Source of the DNA: an uncultured Collinsella sp.
GTDB lineage: Bacteria; Actinomycetota; Coriobacteriia; Coriobacteriales; Coriobacteriaceae
Direction of reading: 5' to 3'
NCBI GenBank assembly: GCA_900550825.1
Contig: URTZ01000001.1
Span: 1 to 46,195, forward strand
Length of the DNA: 46,195 nt
Shown here in pieces: positions 1 through 8,621 of the stretch. The position numbers and the translations under genes are program-made. Numbering within the stretch: position 1 is the first letter of the stretch; each line of letters starts with the position of its first letter. Below the pieces are notes generated by a model. The model made no database searches and was not told the DNA's origin. It saw only the letters and a program-made list of their open reading frames with translations.

Positions 1-56
1 GTCTGACCGAACGAGGGTATGGGGACTCGTTCGGCCAGACGCGCCGCCGCTGTTTG

Positions 57-120
57 TGATCCCTTTTCCTCCGTCCCCTTCGAATCACGTGATCCCTTGG
101 GGACGGAGGAATAGGAATCA
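57..120. repeat. Imperfect palindromic REP-like element
   Basis: TGATCCCTTTTCCTCCGTCCCC ... GGGGACGGAGGAATAGGAATCA are inverted arms; the 20-mer TGATCCCTTGGGGACGGAGG (90-109) recurs at 8487-8506. Confidence 0.6.
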
Positions 121-229
121 TTTCGTAGGCCCGTGGCCGCCTTGGAAACCGAATGATGGTACGAGCATCCATTCGGCTTCCAAGGCGGCCACGGACAGAA
201 CGGGGCGAACAGAAAAGAGCGGCGGACGT

Positions 230-616
230 CTACTCCCCCGCCACGCTCGCACGCAGCTTGGAGGTGATGGTGCCCGTGACCTTGCCGAGGTCGGCCATGC
301 CAAACTGCTTGGACGCGGCTGGGCAGCGCCGCCACCATGCAGATAGCCGCGAGCACCAGGAAAGCGGAACGCCAGCCCACACTCACGATAAGCGAGCTCA
401 CGATCGGCGAGAGAATGGCTCCGCCAAAGCCCGAACCCGAAAGTGCGATGGAAACGGCAAGGAGCACGTAGACCTGCCACAGCTCACCCACAAAGCTCAT
501 GCCAGCAAGCACCGCCGAGGTAGCGATAACGGTGAGCGAGCCCAACACGTGGCCATGATCACGAAGCCGGAGGCCACCACGAGCCAGCCGGGGAAGAACT
601 TACGCTGCTGGGGCAT
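230..616 (-). pseudogene. Degenerate MFS transporter remnant
   Basis: AAGGAG RBS and ATG at 616. Fragments in different frames read GWLVVASGFVIMATCW, AGMSFVGELWQVYVLLAVSIALSGSGFGGAILSPIVSSLIVSVGWRSAFLVLAAI and QFGMADLGKVTGTITS. These are MFS-like segments in only about 390 bp. Confidence 0.6.
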
Positions 617-739
617 ACTGCTCCTTATTTAACAAACGAATAGCCGGCGCCGGGCGCCGGTAGTGCCCAAGATTGCCTTGAAAGACAAGGGCATAGGCCT
701 TACGGCCATGCCCGCAGGCTTGAAAGGCAAGGTTGGGTG

Positions 740-2038
740 CTACCGGTGGTCGGCGATATAGCCCAAAGCGACGGCGGTATAAGCCGCAGCACCGAGCGGC
801 AGCTCGGCATCGTTAAAACGTGCCTTGGGATGGTGCTGGGCAAAGTGTTCGTCCGTGTCGGTTACGGCCGCGCCCACGGTAAAGTACGCACTCGGAATCT
901 CGCTCGAGATAAGCGCGAAGTCCTCACTCGCCATGGCATGGAAAAGCGGCAAGAAAGCCGCCTTGGGCAGCACTGCGCCCACGTAGCCAAGCGACACCTG
1001 AGTCATATCGCTGTCGAGTACAAGCGGCGGAACATCCGAAAGCGTCTCGATGGTCGCCGACGTACGATATGTTGTGGCAACGCCGTTTACGACCTCCGCG
1101 ATGCGGGTCTTGAGGTGCTCCATGAGCTCGACGTCAAAGCCGCGCAGCGTGCCTTCGAGCACGCAGGTATCTGGGATGACGTTGGCCGCTTGGCCACCGG
1201 CAAACTTACCCACGGTCAGTGCGACCTCCTTGGCCGCCGGCACTTCGCGAGCGATAAGCTCCTGGAGCGCCAGATGCACATGCACGCCGGCCGTGATGGG
1301 GTCGATGCAGATCTCGGGGCTCGAGCCATGGCCGCCCTTGCCCTGGAGCGTGATACGGAAACCGTACACGCCCGAGAGCGCCGGGCTGCCGTAGAGCACC
1401 AGGCCAAGCGGCGACTGGCTGTTGACATGCATGGCAAAGGCCGCCTGAGGGCGCGGGTTCTCGAGCAAGCCGTCGGCGATGGCGGCGCGGGCGCCCTCGA
1501 AGGTCTCCTCGCCCGGCTGGAACAGCAGTTTGACGGTGGCATTGGCGTCGATGAGCTCGGCCTCGCGGGCCTTGAGCAGGCGCGCCGCACCAAGCAGGGC
1601 CGTCGCGTGCATATCGTGACCGCAAGCATGCATGCAGCCATTGGTGGATGCAAAGGGCTCGCCGGATTCCTCGACAACGGGCAGGGCATCCATATCGCCT
1701 CGGAGCATGACGACCGTTCCGGCCCGCTCGTCCTTGCACGTGCCATTGCCCTGAGCGGCCGCGGCCGCACCGGCACCGATCAGGCCAACGACGCAGGAAC
1801 CGTCGACGAGCGTGGTATGGGGGATGTCCATCTCGTCCAGACGTGCCTGGATATAGGCAGACGTCTGTGGAAGATTGTTACCGAGCTCGGGCATCTGATG
1901 TAAATCGTGTCGCCACGCAGCGAGCTCGTCTGCAAAAGCCTGAGCTTCTGCAACAAGACCGTCACCGATAGCGGTCTGCGCCGCCGCGGTGGCCTTGGGC
2001 GCTGATTGCGGTTGAAGATCGGACAGTGCTGGTGCCAT
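740..2038 (-). CDS. M20 family amidohydrolase (peptidase M20D-like)
   Basis: Motifs RGDMDALP, MHACGHD, FQPGEE, GGHGS, SEDF; ATG at 2038 follows a GGAGG RBS. Confidence 0.92.
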   Translation of the reverse strand: MAPALSDLQPQSAPKATAAAQTAIGDGLVAEAQAFADELAAWRHDLHQMPELGNNLPQTSAYIQARLDEMDIPHTTLVDGSCVVGLIGAGAAAAAQGNGTCKDERAGTVVMLRGDMDALPVVEESGEPFASTNGCMHACGHDMHATALLGAARLLKAREAELIDANATVKLLFQPGEETFEGARAAIADGLLENPRPQAAFAMHVNSQSPLGLVLYGSPALSGVYGFRITLQGKGGHGSSPEICIDPITAGVHVHLALQELIAREVPAAKEVALTVGKFAGGQAANVIPDTCVLEGTLRGFDVELMEHLKTRIAEVVNGVATTYRTSATIETLSDVPPLVLDSDMTQVSLGYVGAVLPKAAFLPLFHAMASEDFALISSEIPSAYFTVGAAVTDTDEHFAQHHPKARFNDAELPLGAAAYTAVALGYIADHR

Positions 2039-2153
2039 AGATGCCCTCCAGTAACGTTTTTGCAGCAAGCACTTTGATAGCGTAAAGTGCAAGGTACTAC
2101 TTTAAGGGCGACGCATAAAAAATGCCGCCCCGGGAGGCGGCGCAACAAATTGT

Positions 2154-3137
2154 TTACAATTGCGGACGCGGCTTTCGACGCAAAAAATCGAAATGCGTCT
2201 CGCTCAAGATAATCGAAAGAAAGATGAGCGCGAAGCCGGCGAGCAGGCGCGAGGTGAGCGCCTCCCCCATCAGCAGCACCGAGAACAGCACACCCGAAGG
2301 CGACTCCATCGAAAGGAGCAGCGAGCCCGTCGAGGCTGGGACGTGCGCCAATCCAACGTTTTGGATGAGCAGCGCCACGCACGTGCAGCCCACCGAGAGG
2401 AAAACAGCCACACCGATAAATTCCGGCGTCCATGCAGAGAGGGGCGCCTGAGTCTCGAATAGCAGCGACGTGATTAAACTCAAAACGCCATTGCCCACAA
2501 ACATCCAAAACGTGATGACGTTGATGTCCATCTTGCGGCCGTATTTGGCGGTCACCGACATCTGGATGGCAAAGAAGACCGCGCCGCCCAGCGTAATGGC
2601 ATCACCGATGTTGAACTCGACGCTATCGAGCGCCACCAGGCCAATGCCCGCCAAGCACAGCAGCGCCGCGCCCAGGTTATAGCGGGTGAGTTTTTCGCCG
2701 CTCAGAAAATAGCTCGCGAACGGCACAAGGATGCAATACGTGCCCGTCAAAAAAGCATTCTTGCCCGCCGTAGTATGTGCCAGACCGACCGTCTGCAACG
2801 CATAGGCCGCCCACATGAGCACGCCCATACTCAGGCCAACGATCAGGTTGCGAGCGTTGAGGTGCGCGATGATGCGTTTGTGGAAGACGGCAAACATGAC
2901 CAACGCCGCGGGCAGAAAGCGTACATAGAGCAGCTCGAACACCGGAATGGTGTCGAGCGCGTCCTTCATAGTGGTAAAGGAGTAGCCCCAGATGACCGCC
3001 ACCGAAAGGAGCAGAACCTTCCAGAACAGCGGAGAGCGTGCGCCGGCGCCGCGGGAGGTGCCGCCCGCGCCCAGGTCCTCGCGAGCAACAGGGCTATCGG
3101 GCATCATTTCGATATTGTCAGTGGCATGCTGGGCCAT
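2154..3137 (-). CDS. EamA/DMT family transporter
   Basis: About 10 hydrophobic segments; IWGYSF, TTAGKNAFLTG, SLLLSMES patterns typical of the EamA duplication. Confidence 0.9.
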   Translation of the reverse strand: MAQHATDNIEMMPDSPVAREDLGAGGTSRGAGARSPLFWKVLLLSVAVIWGYSFTTMKDALDTIPVFELLYVRFLPAALVMFAVFHKRIIAHLNARNLIVGLSMGVLMWAAYALQTVGLAHTTAGKNAFLTGTYCILVPFASYFLSGEKLTRYNLGAALLCLAGIGLVALDSVEFNIGDAITLGGAVFFAIQMSVTAKYGRKMDINVITFWMFVGNGVLSLITSLLFETQAPLSAWTPEFIGVAVFLSVGCTCVALLIQNVGLAHVPASTGSLLLSMESPSGVLFSVLLMGEALTSRLLAGFALIFLSIILSETHFDFLRRKPRPQL

Positions 3138-3338
3138 AGGGCATCCTCGCGCTCAATCTGGGCGTGGTGTCCGCACGCGCATGGCTGCGTGCCGCCTCAT
3201 GGTCAAATAAAAGCAGGGCGCACCGGACCCCCGGCACGCCCCGCTACTGTAGCAACAACCAAGCAGCCCGTGCAATTCACTACGCTAAAGCATCGGGTTG
3301 GAAGATCTCGATGTTCCGACGGCGTTTACGTTGCTGAA

Positions 3339-5528
3339 CTAAATCAATTTGGTTGACTCCAGTTTTTCGATGATCCAGTCGTTGACTTTGATGACCGGAC
3401 GGCGGAAGACGACGCCCAGGGCCAGCGACGGAATCAGATAGCTCGCCAGAATACCCAGCTCAACCCAGTACTCCATATGGTAGGCGCCTGCCATGGCAGC
3501 ATGCATGGCGTTGATGCCGTGAGTGAACGGCAGGAACGGATAGATCGCCTGGAACACAGGACCGGTCATCTCGATGGGGAACGTGCCGCCCGAACCGCCG
3601 ACCTGCATGACCAGCAGCACGACGGCGAGCGCCTTGCCGATATCGCCAAACGAAACCGTAAGCGTGTAGACGATATTGGAGAACACGAGACTCGCGACCC
3701 AGCCCGCCAGCACAAACTGCAGCGGGTCGTCGCACTGGATGCCAAAGAACAGGATGTCGCCCGCACACACGAGCGTTGCCTGCAGCAGGGCCAGACCGCC
3801 AAAGAACAGGTAGCGGCCCAGGTAGATCTCGTGCAGGCGCACGGGGATGAGCTCGTTGATAAGCTCATCGTCAACCGAGACCTTCATCATGGCCGCCAGC
3901 ACGATCGAGCCGACCCAGAGCGACAGAATCGTGTAGAACGGCGCCATGGCCGAGCCGTAGTTGCGGATCGGATAGACCGGCTTGCGATCGAGCGCGACGG
4001 GGCCGGAAAGCGACACGGCCAGACCCTCGGGATCGTTGCCAATCATCGTCTTGATCGTGGCGAGGTCATCCGACATCAAGGCGCCGTCGAGCTCGTCCTT
4101 AAACGCACTGATCTTGTCCGACGCCTCGCCCAGCTGATCAGAAGCCTTGTTGACCAGCTTTGCAGCCTTGGAGAGGCCCTTTGCCAGCGAACCGGATGCG
4201 TCGGTCAGGCCGCCTACGGCGCTATCCAGGTCGCCCGAGATGCCATCAAGCGAGTCCAGAATGCCCGAAACCGTCTTCTTGAGCTCCTTGGCCTTAACCG
4301 AGAACGTGGAATCGTAATCGGATTTGGCACCCGCGATGCCGGCCTTGGCATCAGCGATGGCCTGATCGACCTCGGCACGCGAGTTGTTGACCTCGGCCAT
4401 GCTATCGGAGAGAGACTTCGCGGTAGCCGCCAGATCCTTGGCATTGTTGCGGTACTCAACGGCGATTCTGCCCAGCGACGTCGCGGCGGACTTGAGGCCG
4501 TCCTTCAAATTCTCATCGCTCACCTGGTCGGCAAGGCTGCGGAGCTGATCGGCCATCGCATCGATATCCTTGGCGCGCGCATTGAGGGCCGCAGCGGCAT
4601 CGTTGAGTTGGGACACCGTAAGGTCGACATGCTGGTTTGCGGTGTCGAACGCCTTCGCGAGCTCGGCAGACACATTGTCGAACGAACCAGCACTTCCATC
4701 GATTGCGGCATCGATGGCATCGTTTGCCGCCTTAAGCGCTTCTTTGGAATCATCGATGCCGCTTTTGGCATGTTCCATGAGCTGCTTTGTCGACTCATCG
4801 ACGGCACCGGTCTGCTTGAGCATGCCGCTCGCCGACGTCAGCGAATCGGACGTGGAGCTCAAAATGCCCGCCAGCGACGAAGCATTTGCCTGAACGTCTC
4901 GCAGGTCCTCAATCGAATCGCCGAGCGTCGAGGACAGGTTGGCGATAAAGTTGCTGACCTGGTCGGTGCTCATGTAATCGAGCAGGCTGGACACCGTCTT
5001 AAGACCGATGCTCGTAATGGTCTCGGTAAAAGTTTCGTTAACCTGGCTCTGGACGGCGCTCGAACCCTTCTCGGTCACGATCTGCGCAATGGCGTTGGCC
5101 TTCTGATTCTCGTAGAACTCGATATCGGCATGCTTCACGTCGGTCGAGAAAAGCGTCATCATGTCAGCGCTAAACGTTTTGGGGATAACGACGGCAGCAT
5201 AGTACGCGCCCGACTTAACGCCCTCGATAGCCTTTTCGCGATTGTTGAGCACAACCCAATCGAAGCTCTCGTTGCCGCGTAGGGTGGCGGTCACGTTTTC
5301 GCCCACGTTAACCTCGACGGGGATCAAATCGCTCTCGTAACCCTCATCGGTGTTGACCACGGCGATCTTAAGGTTGCCGGTATTGCCGTAGGGATCCCAG
5401 CTGCCGGCGATGTTAAACCACGCGTACAGACACGGTACGATAATGAGGCCCATCACGACAACCAAGCCGATCACGGAGCGAGACACGTTTTGGACATCGC
5501 GCTTAAACAGATGCAGGATGTTCTTCAT
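3339..5528 (-). CDS. YhgE/Pip family membrane protein
   Basis: N-terminal IVPCLYAWFNIAGSWDPYGNT, long coiled-coil centre, C-terminal NYGSAMAPFY ... GSGGTFPIE multi-TM domain. Confidence 0.92.
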   Translation of the reverse strand: MKNILHLFKRDVQNVSRSVIGLVVVMGLIIVPCLYAWFNIAGSWDPYGNTGNLKIAVVNTDEGYESDLIPVEVNVGENVTATLRGNESFDWVVLNNREKAIEGVKSGAYYAAVVIPKTFSADMMTLFSTDVKHADIEFYENQKANAIAQIVTEKGSSAVQSQVNETFTETITSIGLKTVSSLLDYMSTDQVSNFIANLSSTLGDSIEDLRDVQANASSLAGILSSTSDSLTSASGMLKQTGAVDESTKQLMEHAKSGIDDSKEALKAANDAIDAAIDGSAGSFDNVSAELAKAFDTANQHVDLTVSQLNDAAAALNARAKDIDAMADQLRSLADQVSDENLKDGLKSAATSLGRIAVEYRNNAKDLAATAKSLSDSMAEVNNSRAEVDQAIADAKAGIAGAKSDYDSTFSVKAKELKKTVSGILDSLDGISGDLDSAVGGLTDASGSLAKGLSKAAKLVNKASDQLGEASDKISAFKDELDGALMSDDLATIKTMIGNDPEGLAVSLSGPVALDRKPVYPIRNYGSAMAPFYTILSLWVGSIVLAAMMKVSVDDELINELIPVRLHEIYLGRYLFFGGLALLQATLVCAGDILFFGIQCDDPLQFVLAGWVASLVFSNIVYTLTVSFGDIGKALAVVLLVMQVGGSGGTFPIEMTGPVFQAIYPFLPFTHGINAMHAAMAGAYHMEYWVELGILASYLIPSLALGVVFRRPVIKVNDWIIEKLESTKLI

Positions 5529-8378
5529 TTATGCCTCACCTCCTTTGGAGTGCTTGCCAAGCGCGGTGGTATCTCCATCATTTGTGGCTGTGCTGTCGCT
5601 GCCCTGAGATTTATGGTGCGAGCCGATATGCGGCAAGCGGCCCGTGGACTGATCGCCGCCCTTGGCACCACGCTCGCTGGCGTTGAGGCCAAACATGTGG
5701 CGGGCGGCAGGAATGGCGGCCGTGTGTTCGCGCATCTCGCGACGCAGGTCCTCATCCGAAAGCGCCGAGATGCGCATCTGGGTATTGAGGCTCGCTCGGA
5801 TATATTCGATATTGATAAGCCAGCCGCAGATGGCAATAACCGAGATGATCCAAATGACAAGCAGGATGATCTTGCCGTTATTGTCGATATCGAGAACCGT
5901 CGACAGGACAAAGAGCAGGACCTGAACGCCCACCACGGCGGCAAAACCGCCCTTGATGTAGTACGGGTAGCGATGTTCAAAGGCGACCGCATGATCGAGC
6001 AGTTCGCGACGGTACGAATCGGAATCGAGCATGACGCGCATGGCCGTGCGCAGCGAGTAGCGCTGGCGCGGCTGGTCGTTGGACTCGCAAATCATCATAC
6101 CGGTCGTGGAGAGCTGTTTATCAAAGAGCAGGTTAAGGTTGAGCAGCAGCGGACGCAGCTGCAGGCCGATAAAGAGCGCCACGATCAAGAACACGCCCAG
6201 AATGCACAGGTTAAACAGGTAGTTGAACGAATACATGCCGCCGACCGTCTCGCGCAGCAGATTGATGCCGTAGGTAAAGGGCAGCAGCGGGTGCAGCCAC
6301 TGGAAGAAGCCGGGCATCATCTCGATGGGGTACATGCCCGACGAACCCGGGATCTGCACGATGACGAGAATGACGCCGATAGCCTTGCCGATATGCTTAA
6401 ACGTGGTGGACAGCGCATAGATGATATTGACGTAGGTGAACGAAATGGCGATGCCGCCCAGCACGAACAGCAGCGGGCTGACGCACTGCACGCCAATCAC
6501 CAGATCGCCTACCGTAACGATGATGGCCTGCAACGCGCCCAGGATCACCATGAGCAACCAGCGGCCAAAGTAGCCTTGGCGCGCCGTAAAGCTGCCAACA
6601 CCTTCACGGTCGACCTCGAGCTTGTAAATGGCGATGAGCACATAGCCGCCCACCCAAAGCGCCAGATTGGTGTAGAAGGGAGCGATGCCCGAGCCAAAGC
6701 TCTTGACCGGATAGATTGACTTGGACGTCAACTCAACCGGAGACGCCATGAAATCTGCCACGTCATTGACATCGACGCCCATCAGATCGGCCAGCTCGCC
6801 CATGGACTCGGAGGTCTGCAGCGCCGCGATGTCATTGGCGGCGGTTGCAAGCTTGTCCTGGACCTTGGCAAGCGAGGAATCGGTCTGGGACAGCGTGGTC
6901 TTGGCCTGGCCGAGCGTAGCGCTAAGCTGCGCCAACGTGCCGCGCGCATTTGCAAGTGTAGGTGTCATACCCGAGACGATACCGGTCAGGTCGCCCGAAA
7001 CGGCAGCAAAAGAGTCGAGCGCGCTCGAGGCCTTCGGCAGCGCGTTTTGGCCCAAGTCCGTCTGGGCTTGGCCAAGGTTGGTCGCACCGGTATGAATTGC
7101 GTTATTGATAGCGTCACTGGCACCCGAAACAGCCGCTGCGTCATTCGCCATGGCGCTCGACTGCGCGGACAGACCGTCCTTGATGCTCTGAAGCTTTTCA
7201 TTCTGCTCTCGAAGCAAATCGATGGTCGATACAATGCGCGCGTCAATTTCCTCGGAACCTGTCGACGTGTCATTGGCGAGAATCTCTAAGTGCCCGATAA
7301 CGGCCTTATTGTGGTCGATCGTCGCTTGGAGAGACTCGAGCGAGTTGTCGATACGGGTGGTCGTAGATGTGACCGTGCCCGTCAGCTTGCCGATGGCAGC
7401 GTTCGCAGAGGCTGACGTCTTGGTGAGCGCAAGGCTGCCTTCCGAGAGCGCCTTGGAGAGCGAGGCGACAGAGTTGCCCGCCGTGGCGCGAGCCTCGCCC
7501 AGCAGGTCATTGCCCTGGGAGATCGCCTGCGTCAGCGACGGCGCCTGACCCTGCAGACCGGCAAGTGCCGCATCTGCCGAGGCAATGGAACCACTCGTCT
7601 TATCGATGGCGGCATTCATGTCGCCAATCGAATCACGCACTTCGCCCAACGTATCGGAAGCCTCTGATACCGAACCGGCCAACGAATCCTGAGTCTGGGT
7701 TGCCTTGTCCTTTAAATCGACTCCGGCATCCTTGGCAATACTGGCAACGGTCTCGCCCACCGTGGAGACAAATTCCGAGTTGATCTGCTCCTCGATGGTG
7801 TTTGCACCGGTGTCGGTAACCTTGGGCGCAATAGCGCTCTTCTTCTCATTGACGTAGTACGTAAGCTTGGGCTGATGGTAGTTGCCGTCGAGCATCGAAA
7901 CCAGGTTATCCGAGAAGTTCTTGGGGACTACGATGGCCGCATAGTACTCACCGCTCTCGACGCCCTCTTTGGCATCGGCCGCAGAATCGACGAAGGTCCA
8001 GCCCAGCTGATCGTTCTCCTTGAGCTGATCGACGACCTGATCGCCCGCGTTGAGCTCGCCCACCAGGTCGTTTTGGGTGCCCCGATCGTTGTTGGCGATG
8101 GCAATCTTGATGCCCTGGGTGTTTCCGTACGGATCCCAGTTGGCCACGATGTTGTACCAGGCATACAGCGAGGGAATAACGCACACGCCAAGGGTAACCA
8201 CCAAGGCGACGGGGTTCACAAGCAGTCGCTTAATGTCGCGCTTAAATATCGCAAAGGAGACCTTTGCATTGGATAGTTTGCTGCCGAGACTCACGCTTGG
8301 ACCATCCATCCTGTCGTTGAATCGAATCGTACTATCGATAACCATTGTACGTAAGCGCTTTAGCGTCTCAGAGCACAA
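5529..8378 (-). CDS. YhgE/Pip family membrane protein (start uncertain; alternative ATGs at 8345 and 8309)
   Basis: IPSLYAWYNIVANWDPYGNT, SFGSGIAPFY, GSSGMYPIE; extra C-terminal two-TM extension; abuts its paralogue. Confidence 0.9.
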   Translation of the reverse strand: MCSETLKRLRTMVIDSTIRFNDRMDGPSVSLGSKLSNAKVSFAIFKRDIKRLLVNPVALVVTLGVCVIPSLYAWYNIVANWDPYGNTQGIKIAIANNDRGTQNDLVGELNAGDQVVDQLKENDQLGWTFVDSAADAKEGVESGEYYAAIVVPKNFSDNLVSMLDGNYHQPKLTYYVNEKKSAIAPKVTDTGANTIEEQINSEFVSTVGETVASIAKDAGVDLKDKATQTQDSLAGSVSEASDTLGEVRDSIGDMNAAIDKTSGSIASADAALAGLQGQAPSLTQAISQGNDLLGEARATAGNSVASLSKALSEGSLALTKTSASANAAIGKLTGTVTSTTTRIDNSLESLQATIDHNKAVIGHLEILANDTSTGSEEIDARIVSTIDLLREQNEKLQSIKDGLSAQSSAMANDAAAVSGASDAINNAIHTGATNLGQAQTDLGQNALPKASSALDSFAAVSGDLTGIVSGMTPTLANARGTLAQLSATLGQAKTTLSQTDSSLAKVQDKLATAANDIAALQTSESMGELADLMGVDVNDVADFMASPVELTSKSIYPVKSFGSGIAPFYTNLALWVGGYVLIAIYKLEVDREGVGSFTARQGYFGRWLLMVILGALQAIIVTVGDLVIGVQCVSPLLFVLGGIAISFTYVNIIYALSTTFKHIGKAIGVILVIVQIPGSSGMYPIEMMPGFFQWLHPLLPFTYGINLLRETVGGMYSFNYLFNLCILGVFLIVALFIGLQLRPLLLNLNLLFDKQLSTTGMMICESNDQPRQRYSLRTAMRVMLDSDSYRRELLDHAVAFEHRYPYYIKGGFAAVVGVQVLLFVLSTVLDIDNNGKIILLVIWIISVIAICGWLINIEYIRASLNTQMRISALSDEDLRREMREHTAAIPAARHMFGLNASERGAKGGDQSTGRLPHIGSHHKSQGSDSTATNDGDTTALGKHSKGGEA

Positions 8379-8521
8379 TGGTGTTGAGTTTTGCGGGTAG
8401 CAATATACTACGAAGATGAGTTAACGTACAGTTGTACAGTATCTTAAATTTCAGCAGGTCACAAAACCACAACCCGCACAAATAAATGATCCCTTGGGGA
8501 CGGAGGGATCATTCAAAAGGA

Positions 8522-8591
8522 AACGAGAGTGGAAAATCTCTCACTTCAAGCCCGCATTCGAGCCAAAAGTGGGAGATTATCCACTCTCGTT
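8522..8591. repeat. 25-bp-arm inverted repeat downstream of htpG (terminator or REP-like)
   Basis: AACGAGAGTGGAAAATCTCTCACTT / AAGTGGGAGATTATCCACTCTCGTT, 2 mismatches. Confidence 0.6.
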
Positions 8592-8621
8592 CTAATCTAG
8601 TTACGGTGCCGTATCCCCGAA

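Noticed and set aside
661..742. Nested hairpin between the amidohydrolase and the MFS remnant as a possible riboswitch
   Set aside because: It starts at the upstream stop codon, matches no aptamer consensus I recognise, and its inner stem resembles the hairpin after metG; more likely a terminator or stabiliser.
3339..8378. Type VII secretion (EsaA-like) locus
   Set aside because: No FtsK/EssC ATPase or WXG100 genes nearby.
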